From Giardia intestinalis (lineage: Eukaryota), in the NCBI GenBank assembly GCA_000002435.2, contig CM018792.1: a stretch of DNA of 64,000 bases; one strand, given 5' to 3'. The position numbers and the translations under genes are program-made. This document shows, one piece after another, positions 47,767 to 57,638 of the stretch. The notes beneath the pieces are model-generated. The model did no database searches, was not told where the DNA came from, and saw nothing but the letters and a program-made list of their open reading frames with translations. Each line of letters begins with the position of its first letter. Position 1 is the stretch's first letter.

Positions 47767-50700
47767 ATGCCACCAGCTCACAATCGAAAGATCTGCGTGT
47801 CCGGTGCACAGGGCTTCCCCCCGCCCCCTAGTGACGCCTATCAGTTTACTACCATGGAGACTAAGCAGCCTCTTCATGAGTATTTTCCCCGCTGCCTGTA
47901 CTACACGTATCACTGGCTAAGCCCAATAATAAAGCTTATCAAACGGCAGGGAGCCATATATCCACGAGATGTGTACATACTTCCCCGTCATATGCGCGTT
48001 TCCGAGGCTTCAAGGCGACTGGTAGGTGCATGGAATCGAACTGTCGCCAGGGATGCTGCGCGCGGCAAAAAGCGCATGTCTTCCCTTATCTCGATATGTA
48101 TTCGTGCGTACAAGAGCAGCATGCTCATTATTTTCTGTCTTATTCCAGTTTACACATTTTTGGGCCTCGTTCCTTCAATTGCCTTGAACAACCTAACCAC
48201 CATTCTTGCAGAGGAGAACATTAGAAGGATATCGCTGGACTACTTGCTTACCACGGGCCAGCAGGCGTCCGTTACCTATCTCATCGGCCAGCTGTTCGCC
48301 AAGGCCGTCCCTTGGATTGGCCTCGTCTTTGTATCCCAGATAACCCTCGCGTTTCTCATCAATATATCCATGTTGAAGAACTTCGAGGTCAACACCATGA
48401 CGTCCCAGGCGCTTTCTGACCTGTTATATCGTAAGCTTCTCACTCTGTCTGAGCTCTCGCGCTCCTCCTCCATCAGTGGAAGCATTATTAATTTTATCTT
48501 TACTGACACCGGCAGAATCACGGACTTCCTTGCCTTCATCCCGATGTTCACTGCAGTCCCCTTCCGGCTCGTCTATTCTATCGTTATTCTCAGTACTACA
48601 ATCAACCCCTTAACGATGGTGGGGATCATTGGCGGGCTCACAACATCTCCACTGCTGGTTCTTTTCATCCGGCGCCAGCTCTGGTTCACTAAGCACTATA
48701 TGTGCTACAAGGACCTCCGAATAAAGCGTGCTACTGAGGTCCTCACAGGCATTCGTGTTATTAAGTATTTCTCAATGGAGAAACTGCAAGCAATTCGTCT
48801 TCATAGCGCTCGAGACCGCGAGTTGTCCCACCTAATTAACATAAAAATGAATAGCGCATACACCGTGATTGTCACGTCTACCACGGGGCCCTTGATGCTC
48901 ACTCTTGCGCTGACAACTCTAGCACTTGCGGGTTACCTTGACAATGCCACTGCGTACAGTGCAGCGCTCGTCATCAACACACTAAGCATGATATTCAACC
49001 AGCTTCCCCAGTTGTTAGCAAAGTTATTCGAAAGCCTGATTAGCAGTGATCGTCTCATAGCGTTTTTTAACTTACCAAACAAGGACGGACAAGTGTTCTG
49101 TTTGAGAACGCTGGAGGAGTGCTGTGCTCACTCCACAGACTCTGGACCTAGCATGCAAGATCGCGATGCATCGACAAATGAAGACAATGACGACAAGTGT
49201 GGTATAGGTAGTGGAGATGTTATCCTCAGTACTGTTGGAAATCCATCTTATTCGTGGGGCACTGCAAAACACCTTTCCTTGCCAATAATCCTCGATCCAT
49301 TATTTAAGCAGACGCAGGACACAATTAAGAAGTTTGCACGGCAGCTTCCGGTCCTTAATAATCAACTAGCTCGCGCACTAGCTACGCTTGATAGGGACCC
49401 TGCATATTCCATCCTACTCCGCTCTAACCCACTTACAGCACAGAGGGGGGTAGATGCCGATCAGTCCACTGACGATGAACAAGAGACCAGCTCTATTCTA
49501 TCGAGTGCCACTGACAGGCCTCTCGAACCTCGTAAAATTGGCCTACAGGACGATTGCTTACAAGCTGTCGTTGTCTTTACTCAATCGGTATCAGCTCAGG
49601 AGTGGGACGCGCTGCATAAACCAGTTACTACATCGTGTGTACATCTTGATAAATGGTGCAAGGACTGCGACACTATTCCCTTCTCTACTATTGACCAGAT
49701 CTCATCCTACAAGGAGACGTCTTACCTGCCACTACAAGAGGACAATCCGCTAACAGTCGTGAAGAAGATATATGTCCACTGCGCTGTCATGACCTTCTTC
49801 TTGACAGATCCCAAGTTTGACAGCCACCGAGCAAGCTTCAAGGTGGCTCGTGAGATACTTACGACCAAGGATAGCTTCCCTAATGTCATCAACAACTTAG
49901 ACTTCAAGGTGAAGCGAGGAGCCTTGGTCGGCATTCACGGGCGCGTTGGATCTGGAAAGAGTTCACTTCTTCTTGCACTGTTAGGAGAGCTCGCAAATAC
50001 AAGTCCAGAGAAGCAGGCCCGCATCCACTGCACCGCCAGCATTGCCTACTGTCCGCAGCTCCCGACTATTTTTTCTGGCACACTGAAATCCAATATATTA
50101 TTTTTTAAAGATTGTGACGAGGATAGATTGAAAAATGTTATTAAAATATGTGCTCTTGAGACAGATCTGAATAGCATGGCTCACGGTGTGGACACGGAAA
50201 TTGGTGAACGGGGCATCACATTGTCTGGTGGGCAAAAGGCAAGGATTGCGCTTGCACGCGCCGTGTACTCAGACGCGGACATATTTCTCCTGGACGATCC
50301 TCTTTCAGCAGTTGACGCCCATGTCGGCAGCACCCTATGGAATGATTGCATATTGAACTATCTTGTACGAGAGCAAGGGAAAACAGTGATAATTGTGTCG
50401 CATCAGATACACTTCTTCTCTGACTGCGATGATATTTATGAGATGAATAATGGACACCTAACTCGCATGACTCTCGAGGAGATGCGGAACCAGAATCTGA
50501 TTTCTGTCTCTTCTATGTTGACAGACACTGGTTCTCTGGCCAACGCCGCTACTAAGAGCACCCTACAACTTGATATTGGAGAAGCAGAACAGCCCGTTCC
50601 CCAGAAGGCGGTGCGAATGATAGAAGACGAAAAGCACGCCGCTATAGGCCGGGTTCAATTAGGTGTATACCACGCGTGGATAAAGGCAGGAGGCTACGGA

Positions 50701-52491
50701 ATCTTCTGGGGATACATACTATTGACACTAACTGGCAACGGCATACTGCAGTACCTTGGCCTGTACATCAATCACTGGTCTTCTAATCTGTATGGTTTCT
50801 CATCGGCAGGGTACATTGTGCTTTACGTGAGTATTTCTATGCTATATATTCTAATAGTCTTTTTAGAGCGGGTTGCCTTTATTAAGAGCTCTGTTAACGC
50901 TACGCGCACCCTACACAACAGGATGGTCGATGCCGTCCTCAACACACAACTGTTCTTTTTCGAAACCAACCCATTAGGTCGGATCCTCAACAGGCTCAGT
51001 CGAGACACAGATCAGTGTGACTCAGCAATTCCAAACAGCATTGTGTCGCTCAGCAATGACCTCCTCTATTTGCTGGTTAACCTGCTTGTGATTATGTTAC
51101 TTTCGTGGCCAACCATTGTCTTCATCATCCCCCTAGGGATACTCTACATCTTTATCTTTAACACGTTCAGACTAATAGCTCCTCAGCTAAAGCGTATCAC
51201 TCCTATCCTTTCTAGTCCCATACTCGCACTTGTGCAGGATTCCCTCACCGCGTTGCCATCTATAAGGTGCTATGGAAGTGAAGACCATCTCATAGAGCTC
51301 AACAGACTAAACCTTACGCGGAGCTACAGCGCGGACTGGCTTATGCGTGTGATGAATAGGTGGCTGAGCTTTCGCGTCAATGTGATCATGGGGATATTTG
51401 CATCGTTGGTGAGCATGAGCGTTGTCATTATTGCTCCCATTGGCAACAGTGCGCGCTATACCGGCCTAATTCTTATGAATAGCTTCACACTCATCAGCAG
51501 GCTGATTATGCTCGCCTTTTCTATTAACAGTTTGGAGAGTTCTATGAGCAGCGCAGAGCGCGTCCTGGAATATGGGAAGTTGAAGGGAGAGGAAGATGGT
51601 CTAACATATCCCGCTTTATCGACACAGAGTGCAGACCCAGCGAAGTTTGTTGACGTGTCATCGCTTTCCTTGCGCTATAGAAAAGATCTTGACTTAGTAT
51701 TGCGAAATGTGTCCTTTTCGGCCCACCGTGGAGAGCGTATTGGCATTGTTGGCCGCACAGGTGCTGGTAAGTCATCGATAACCGCAGCCATGTTTCGCTT
51801 GGTTGAGCCCGAGCCAGGATCGAGCATAATTGTTAATGGAGTGGACCTGCTCTCAGTTCCACTTGATGATGCACGTGCTCAACTGACCATCATCCCCCAG
51901 GACCCGTTTCTATTCTCAGGCACTATAAGGACCTGCCTCTGCTTTTACTCCCAATTGACAGCAGAAGGAATAACTCCCAAAGATATGCCTCCTGGTGTTG
52001 AGCGGATCTCGGACGAGAAACTCTGGCGGGTGCTCGAGCAGGTCCGCATGCGCGAGTACTTCGAGAAGCAGCCTGGCGGACTCGACGCCAAGATCACAGC
52101 TAACGGGGACAACCTCTCTGCAGGTCAGCGCCAGCTTGTCTGTGTGGCCCGTGCACTACTACGAGACGCACCAGTGGTTATTCTGGATGAGGCCACCGCC
52201 CAGGTCGACCGGGAAAACGACGCCATAATCCAGTCCACGATCCGTACAGCGCTGGAAGACCGCGTCGTCATCGCCATTGCACACAGGATCAATACTATCA
52301 TCGACTTTGACAGAATCATAGTTATGGACGCGGGCGAGGTAAAGGAGTTCGACACCCCCAGGGCGCTCCTGAGCAACCCAGAGTCGTTCTTCAGCAGACT
52401 AGTTGCTAAGTGCGAGGATGCAGAGGAGCTTTACCAAAAGGCATATGCCAAGGGCTCGAAGACGAACTCGGACCCAGAACGTGCAAGCTGA
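47767..52491 (+). CDS. ABC transporter, ABCC/MRP subfamily (full transporter: TMD-NBD-TMD-NBD)
   Basis: NBD1 has Walker A GRVGSGKSSLLLALLGE, signature LSGGQKARIALARAVY and Walker B IFLLDDPLSAVD. NBD2 has GRTGAGKSSITAAMFRL, LSAGQRQLVCVARALL and VVILDEATAQVD. Two blocks of ~6 TM helices. The translational start could instead be the METKQ Met at ~47854. Confidence 0.9.
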   Translation: MPPAHNRKICVSGAQGFPPPPSDAYQFTTMETKQPLHEYFPRCLYYTYHWLSPIIKLIKRQGAIYPRDVYILPRHMRVSEASRRLVGAWNRTVARDAARGKKRMSSLISICIRAYKSSMLIIFCLIPVYTFLGLVPSIALNNLTTILAEENIRRISLDYLLTTGQQASVTYLIGQLFAKAVPWIGLVFVSQITLAFLINISMLKNFEVNTMTSQALSDLLYRKLLTLSELSRSSSISGSIINFIFTDTGRITDFLAFIPMFTAVPFRLVYSIVILSTTINPLTMVGIIGGLTTSPLLVLFIRRQLWFTKHYMCYKDLRIKRATEVLTGIRVIKYFSMEKLQAIRLHSARDRELSHLINIKMNSAYTVIVTSTTGPLMLTLALTTLALAGYLDNATAYSAALVINTLSMIFNQLPQLLAKLFESLISSDRLIAFFNLPNKDGQVFCLRTLEECCAHSTDSGPSMQDRDASTNEDNDDKCGIGSGDVILSTVGNPSYSWGTAKHLSLPIILDPLFKQTQDTIKKFARQLPVLNNQLARALATLDRDPAYSILLRSNPLTAQRGVDADQSTDDEQETSSILSSATDRPLEPRKIGLQDDCLQAVVVFTQSVSAQEWDALHKPVTTSCVHLDKWCKDCDTIPFSTIDQISSYKETSYLPLQEDNPLTVVKKIYVHCAVMTFFLTDPKFDSHRASFKVAREILTTKDSFPNVINNLDFKVKRGALVGIHGRVGSGKSSLLLALLGELANTSPEKQARIHCTASIAYCPQLPTIFSGTLKSNILFFKDCDEDRLKNVIKICALETDLNSMAHGVDTEIGERGITLSGGQKARIALARAVYSDADIFLLDDPLSAVDAHVGSTLWNDCILNYLVREQGKTVIIVSHQIHFFSDCDDIYEMNNGHLTRMTLEEMRNQNLISVSSMLTDTGSLANAATKSTLQLDIGEAEQPVPQKAVRMIEDEKHAAIGRVQLGVYHAWIKAGGYGIFWGYILLTLTGNGILQYLGLYINHWSSNLYGFSSAGYIVLYVSISMLYILIVFLERVAFIKSSVNATRTLHNRMVDAVLNTQLFFFETNPLGRILNRLSRDTDQCDSAIPNSIVSLSNDLLYLLVNLLVIMLLSWPTIVFIIPLGILYIFIFNTFRLIAPQLKRITPILSSPILALVQDSLTALPSIRCYGSEDHLIELNRLNLTRSYSADWLMRVMNRWLSFRVNVIMGIFASLVSMSVVIIAPIGNSARYTGLILMNSFTLISRLIMLAFSINSLESSMSSAERVLEYGKLKGEEDGLTYPALSTQSADPAKFVDVSSLSLRYRKDLDLVLRNVSFSAHRGERIGIVGRTGAGKSSITAAMFRLVEPEPGSSIIVNGVDLLSVPLDDARAQLTIIPQDPFLFSGTIRTCLCFYSQLTAEGITPKDMPPGVERISDEKLWRVLEQVRMREYFEKQPGGLDAKITANGDNLSAGQRQLVCVARALLRDAPVVILDEATAQVDRENDAIIQSTIRTALEDRVVIAIAHRINTIIDFDRIIVMDAGEVKEFDTPRALLSNPESFFSRLVAKCEDAEELYQKAYAKGSKTNSDPERAS

Positions 52492-52895
52492 GTAGACTGA
52501 TTTAAGTTAAAGGACCAGAAGATGCATGTTCTTGCTTGTTCCATCAATCTATGCAAGTGAGAGAAGAATGGAATTTTCTATGAACTTCATGGTGATGTCT
52601 CAGCCCCCCAAGATTCTGTTTCCCCTTAAGCTGACCTCTAAGTCTCCCAAAGCATGGCACTATAGTGGCCAATAAGGGCGTGTATCTCTTTGGGATACTC
52701 TCTTTGGGGTACACTGCCTCAGTAAATATCAAAACAGAGTGTTTTGTGTCGAAAACCCTTTTAGTCGATCTACTCTCATGAATAGTGACTAATTGTTGTC
52801 GTGCTTAGCTCGTTATGAAAGTCTGCTGAAGGGGAGGTGAGCCGTGCCATTAAAAAAGCAAGCAGCAAAGTCTTTTGGGCAACACTCCAGAACTG

Positions 52896-53399
52896 ATGGA
52901 TGGGGACTGGGAAGACGAAGTTCCTCTACCAGAGGGAAACGAAAGCCGGCTGAGTGACGCCGTGGGACGGATGTTCTGTCACTGCGGTAATGAGGTAAAG
53001 ATAAGCTGCATATGGAGCAATGGCACTTGGAAGATTCTTTATACGTGCACGACAATTCTCAGTGGACAGGAAACGCACGGCCACATCAAGGAAGAGGTAA
53101 CGTCTGCTGTCCTTGATCAGCTGCAGGATGCAGACCTGCGGACCCGGGCGATGACGGTGAGGCCTCGGCAAACGGAGGGGAGTAAGACGTTTGGGAGTCT
53201 GAGCGTGGCTCAAATAGAAAACATACTGCTGAATCCAGTTTTGGAGAGAATGATAGATAAATGCCCCCTATGCAACATGGTCGTTCCAATGGTTGTTTGG
53301 CAATTGAGTCTTACGGAGATGCGTTTCGCATATATCTGCACAAATTGCAAGCTAGCATCCGATATGCGCGACGTCGTCGCCTGCAGTGAGAGCAGATGA
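52896..53399 (+). CDS. hypothetical Cys-rich small protein (167 aa), possible zinc ribbon
   Basis: ORF-track start at 52875 is a TTG; the first ATG is at 52896. Contains paired Cys motifs CHCGNEVKISC and CPLCN...CTNC. Confidence 0.35.
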   Translation: MDGDWEDEVPLPEGNESRLSDAVGRMFCHCGNEVKISCIWSNGTWKILYTCTTILSGQETHGHIKEEVTSAVLDQLQDADLRTRAMTVRPRQTEGSKTFGSLSVAQIENILLNPVLERMIDKCPLCNMVVPMVVWQLSLTEMRFAYICTNCKLASDMRDVVACSESR

Positions 53400-53451
53400 A
53401 GATTCCATTTCAAAATGGAATTCGGCTAACCCAAAAAGGAGTTCTCGAGAA

Positions 53452-53685
53452 ATGCCCAACACAATCACAGAGGAGAACCTCATGAAGATGATCGCAGACG
53501 GCCGAGGAAAGAAGCTTGTGGTCAAGTCCTGTAGCAAGGGGAGGCTGCAGGGCAAGGTCAAGCTGAAGCTCCGCACAGCGAAGTATCTTTACACCCTGAC
53601 GGTTCCCAATGCTGACGATGCAAAGAGTATTGTGAAGGGTTGCAAGGATAAGGTGGAGGTGCAATATGTCAACGACTCGGAGTAA
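53452..53685 (+). CDS. RPL38: 60S ribosomal protein L38e
   Basis: MPNTITEENLMKMIADGRGKKLVVKSCSKGRLQGKVKLKLRTAKYLYTLTVPNADDAKSIVKG aligns with eukaryotic L38 ([59 protein letters not shown]). 77 aa from the ATG at 53452; the track ORF begins upstream at 53386. Confidence 0.7.
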   Translation: MPNTITEENLMKMIADGRGKKLVVKSCSKGRLQGKVKLKLRTAKYLYTLTVPNADDAKSIVKGCKDKVEVQYVNDSE

Positions 53686-53686
53686 A
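53681..53686 (+). terminator. putative poly(A) signal AGTAAA with the RPL38 TAA stop embedded
   Basis: tcggAGTAAAtacg. Confidence 0.5.
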
Positions 53687-53715
53687 TACGCCGGCGGCGG
53701 CTCTGTGCAAAAATC

Positions 53716-56151
53716 ATGAATGAATGCCCACGGCTTCCTCGGGCCCTGTCGGTTGGGCGCCGCAGTGGAAGGCCCTTAGTGGGTGCCATTCCAAAATTAC
53801 TGGTCACCGAGGAAGGAGACGAAAACTCAAATCTCAGCCTCCCTGTCCGGTCTCTCAAGATTTCTCCCTGGAGTGATGTTGAGTGGTCACTGATACCGCC
53901 GATTGTCTCCAGTTCCATCCTAGAGATCCGTAGTGGCATGCAGCTCGTCTATGACATGCTCATGAACTCCATTAGTAGCACGCGGGTATCCACCGCTGCG
54001 CACAGCCAGGTGGCTGCGCGTCTTGATGCCTATTACTTAGACTTTGGCAAGCGCATTTCCGCCCTGGAGGTGAAGCTAAACATGGCTCAGCTTAGGCAAA
54101 GCGACGTCTTGGAAAAGCTAGATGCGCAGCAGAGAGATATCATCCAGCATACAGACTCCGTGACTGCAAAGCTGAATGCACAGTTTGAACGCACTAAGCT
54201 CCTTGTGGACTCAGCTCTGAGCAAATTCAGCCCACCCACAGATGTGGAGCTAGACGCCATTACGCTTCGCCTGTTATCTAGCCCCGTATTAATTAATGCT
54301 CTTCGAGATATGCAGTCAGAGTACTCAGCTGCTTCTTTCCAGGCCGTGCAGGAGCTCAATGGTCGCCTGGAGGATGTCGAACAGCAACTGAACCTTTATA
54401 GGAAGAACGTCCAGGAATTGGCCGAGATTATAGCAAACAACGAGCGGCACTTCAACCAGTATCAGGCACGCATCGGGGATAGGCTGCGGTTACTAGATGA
54501 GTTACCAAGCAAGTTAAAAGAGTTAGAAGGCATGCACCAATTATCCCTGAAGCAAACGTGTGATAAAGAAAAGCAAGCACAGTCTGAGCAAGCTAGTCAA
54601 GAAACGAAAGATGCATTAGCAGCCATTAAAAAGGAACTTGGTGAGCTGCGCACCTCTTTAACAAGCAATGCAATATGTGGTGAAAGAGCATGCCCTCACT
54701 TCCATAATATGCAGTCCTCCATAGCACCTTCAGCGCTTCCAACAATTCCAGATTTCAAGGCCCCCTCTTTTGAACCAAAGAACTCCTTGATGCCTCATGG
54801 TCATACTGTGGTTGAGCCAATCTCACGGGACTCTATTACTGGAAACCCCGTTACTAAGTCCCTTACATGCGAGGGTGAAGAGATGAAACGCACCCTAAGG
54901 CGTCATCTCCCACACACACAAAAGTCTGATGCACAGTCATACAGCTTTCAGACTAAACGATATGATGAACGTGAAGATGGCTGTGAAGATAGGGACGAGA
55001 CAATGGTCTACCAGGGCTCGAGGTCCACCCCAGGAACAGTGTACCTGAATGATCCGGAGTTTTATCAGGATTGCCATAGGTCAATTGCCCAGCCTGTTAA
55101 CCCTCATCGTTACAAGTCCACTGTTATGATCTCTGCAGACAAAAACATACGTCCACGTTCTGCTACTAGCCAGCCAACGTCAGCCGCGCTAACTGTCCGT
55201 GAGCTCATACCACAAATTTCTGCACAGTTACCATATAATAGTAAGCTATTGCAGAGTCTAGTCGCCAAACTAGTGCCAGAGCTTCTCCCGTATTTCCGCA
55301 CAGGAAGTGATAATCAGGAAAAAGAAGATGATGTTTCTCCAGTTAAACTTCAGGAGAGGTTAGCCTCTATTGTTCAACAAATAGAACCCCTGGCTGCTTC
55401 AGTCTCTGTTGTAATGGGCAGAATGGAAACGCTGTCACAGACACTGGATGCCGTTATAGAATCAAAAGTGAAGAGCGTGAGTGACAAGGTTGAAAAGGTT
55501 GACAAGGCTCTTACAGATGATATACTCCAGAAGCATGGGGCTCTAGTGTCTAAACTCAATAGCAAAATAGAGCTTGTGCGCGAATCCTTGCAGTTGTGCA
55601 TCTCATCCCACATAAAGTCAATTATGGATGCACTTGATCTTAGAGATAAGACGTATGCAACTAAGACGGCTTTATTTCAGCTTTCTCGGTCTGTAGCCGG
55701 TACAGACACTCGTATCTCTCTCCACGAAGACACTATCCTTCAACTGTGCCGACGTCTTCCCGATGAGACTAATCTGCGCGCTTTAGGCACATTTACTGAC
55801 GTCGTACGTGAATTAGGAGTGGAGAACTCATACACCTACGATGCACCTATAACAGTACCCACAAACTCCTCTGTTAACTCAGAGCTGTCGGCTGGTTCCA
55901 CCACATTTCGTGATCAGCTGAGCGACAGGCCCAGCAAAAGACCGAGGGCTATGAAGCGATCGACAGTGGTGTCTGCACCGCCCGCAAGGACCAAACAAAG
56001 TGTGCAGGGTACCCAGAATACACAAATCTTGCCCGGGCAAAGTCACCTGGCGTCGTTTTGTGCACCCAATCAGAACGAAGAACTGATTAGAACATCCCCT
56101 AGTCTCAAGGTATCTTACTATGACACTACAACACTAGACTCAGCATCGTGA
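53716..56151 (+). CDS. hypothetical coiled-coil protein (811 aa)
   Basis: Long heptad-rich segments (LEVKLNMAQLRQSDVLEKLDAQQRDIIQH...; LEDVEQQLNLYRKNVQELAEIIANNERHFNQYQARI...). ATG at 53716 lies 30 nt after the RPL38 stop. Confidence 0.6.
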   Translation: MNECPRLPRALSVGRRSGRPLVGAIPKLLVTEEGDENSNLSLPVRSLKISPWSDVEWSLIPPIVSSSILEIRSGMQLVYDMLMNSISSTRVSTAAHSQVAARLDAYYLDFGKRISALEVKLNMAQLRQSDVLEKLDAQQRDIIQHTDSVTAKLNAQFERTKLLVDSALSKFSPPTDVELDAITLRLLSSPVLINALRDMQSEYSAASFQAVQELNGRLEDVEQQLNLYRKNVQELAEIIANNERHFNQYQARIGDRLRLLDELPSKLKELEGMHQLSLKQTCDKEKQAQSEQASQETKDALAAIKKELGELRTSLTSNAICGERACPHFHNMQSSIAPSALPTIPDFKAPSFEPKNSLMPHGHTVVEPISRDSITGNPVTKSLTCEGEEMKRTLRRHLPHTQKSDAQSYSFQTKRYDEREDGCEDRDETMVYQGSRSTPGTVYLNDPEFYQDCHRSIAQPVNPHRYKSTVMISADKNIRPRSATSQPTSAALTVRELIPQISAQLPYNSKLLQSLVAKLVPELLPYFRTGSDNQEKEDDVSPVKLQERLASIVQQIEPLAASVSVVMGRMETLSQTLDAVIESKVKSVSDKVEKVDKALTDDILQKHGALVSKLNSKIELVRESLQLCISSHIKSIMDALDLRDKTYATKTALFQLSRSVAGTDTRISLHEDTILQLCRRLPDETNLRALGTFTDVVRELGVENSYTYDAPITVPTNSSVNSELSAGSTTFRDQLSDRPSKRPRAMKRSTVVSAPPARTKQSVQGTQNTQILPGQSHLASFCAPNQNEELIRTSPSLKVSYYDTTTLDSAS

Positions 56152-56196
56152 TGTAAGGAAAACGATCAGGATTGATGCTTTGACAAATGACTATCC

Positions 56197-57168
56197 TTAT
56201 CCGTGGCGTGCAAACCTGTCCCGAGTTATCCGGAATTCCCCTTGACCCCCGGGCCTCCCGCTATGTTTTTTCTGCTCATCATCTTTTCTTTTGGAGTTAT
56301 TAGATTGATTAAACGTAATTTCTAGGCGTTTAGAGTCATCTTTCCGTGCACGTAGATTTTTTATAATGGAATAAGCTCCACGTACCAGGGTTTCGTCACG
56401 CTTGGTCGCAGCCGGTATACTTTTGCCAACATGCTTGGCGTTATATGCGTGCAGTAAGCGCGAGTATTCATTTTCGCGAAAGCGATAGCCCATCCGCAGG
56501 GGAAAATTTCGCTCTCTGCATTCAAATTGGTAATGGTCTCTTGCGCCACATATGAAACAGCGCATCTTTCCCAGTAACCTGCTCCTCTTCTCTTTTGCCT
56601 CCTTCTTAAGATCGGGGCAGTCTCGCGACATGTGTCTCTGAAAGCAAAACTTGCACCTCTCCGTGCCCCTACAGTGTGGCATATACTCTGGACACACTAA
56701 TCCACTGTGGGGCCCTCCGCAACGGTAGCATTCGTTGGCGTATGTGTTTATAAAATTGTCTATGTCTATCAGATCGAGCAATCCTCCGGGAAGGCGATTC
56801 TTCTTCTTGCACGAACAATTTGCTTCACCACAAAGCATGCACACATTTGCGGTGCACGTGTCAACCTGATGCCGATCGTCTCCGCAGCAGAAGCAAACCC
56901 CGATTATCCTTTTCCTGGACCGACACATGTGTGCAAGATGGCCTATTTGGCCACATTCTCTGCACCAGATTGTTTCATCATAGTCGAAGTATCTTCGAAC
57001 AGGATAGTCCGCAACGGGAAAGGGCTGCTGCTGGGAGAGACTGGCGATCGAAAGGTTTGACTGGGACATGCTCAGAAAGGATTCACTGAAGCGAAGTGGA
57101 GAAGCAAAGTCATGCGCACTGGGTATTGTTGGCTCCGGGGTGGCATCCAGCTTCGGGGTTGTCGTCAT
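56197..57168 (-). CDS. CCHC zinc-knuckle nucleic-acid-binding protein with six knuckles and an Arg-rich C-terminus
   Basis: Repeated CX2CX3-4HX4C units: CRECGQIGHLAHMC, CFCCGDDRHQVDTC, CMLCGEANCSC, CYRCGGPHSGLVC, CKFCFQRHMSRDC, CFICGARDHYQFEC. Basic tail ...KHSGRPGGQGEFRITRDRFARHG. Confidence 0.6.
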   Translation of the reverse strand: MTTTPKLDATPEPTIPSAHDFASPLRFSESFLSMSQSNLSIASLSQQQPFPVADYPVRRYFDYDETIWCRECGQIGHLAHMCRSRKRIIGVCFCCGDDRHQVDTCTANVCMLCGEANCSCKKKNRLPGGLLDLIDIDNFINTYANECYRCGGPHSGLVCPEYMPHCRGTERCKFCFQRHMSRDCPDLKKEAKEKRSRLLGKMRCFICGARDHYQFECRERNFPLRMGYRFRENEYSRLLHAYNAKHVGKSIPAATKRDETLVRGAYSIIKNLRARKDDSKRLEITFNQSNNSKRKDDEQKKHSGRPGGQGEFRITRDRFARHG

Positions 57169-57293
57169 TGATCAATGTAAATTTTCATCCATTAATGCTG
57201 CAATTTATATGGTATTGCACGAAATGGCACTGCAATGGTTATGCATTTTAAATTGATTTTTGTCCTACAAATTGGACCCGAAACGACTGAGCC

Positions 57294-57563
57294 ATGCAAT
57301 CGGATGACATCGGGATGAAGAACAGCAGCGGAGTGGTCGTAGACGCATACATACCGCGCAAGTGTTCAGCAACAAATAGGCTCATTGGCCCGAAGGACCA
57401 CGCCGCAGTCCAGCTGAGCGTCGCCAGGGTTAATGATAAGGGCAAGATGATCGAGAACAACTATGTTACATTCGCCTTCTGCGGGGCCATCCGCAGCCGA
57501 GGCGGAGTGGACTCGGCCTTCATGCTCCTCGCCCAGGAGCACGGTCTCATGGAACGCCTTTAG
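57294..57563 (+). CDS. RPS21: 40S ribosomal protein S21e
   Basis: MQSDDIGMKNSSGVVVDAYIPRKCSATNRLIGPKDHAAVQLSVARVNDKGKM...YVTFAFCGAIRSRGGVDSAFMLLAQEHGLM aligns with eukaryotic S21 ([40 protein letters not shown]...[29 protein letters not shown]). Confidence 0.85.
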   Translation: MQSDDIGMKNSSGVVVDAYIPRKCSATNRLIGPKDHAAVQLSVARVNDKGKMIENNYVTFAFCGAIRSRGGVDSAFMLLAQEHGLMERL

Positions 57564-57583
57564 GTTGCCGCATACACCGGCCA

Positions 57584-57589
57584 AGTAAA
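57584..57589 (+). terminator. putative poly(A) signal AGTAAA, 21 nt after the RPS21 stop
   Basis: ccaAGTAAAcgc. Confidence 0.45.
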
Positions 57590-57638
57590 CGCTCTGATAC
57601 TTGCTGTATTCCTGCGTTGATTTACACAGCCTTCGGGT

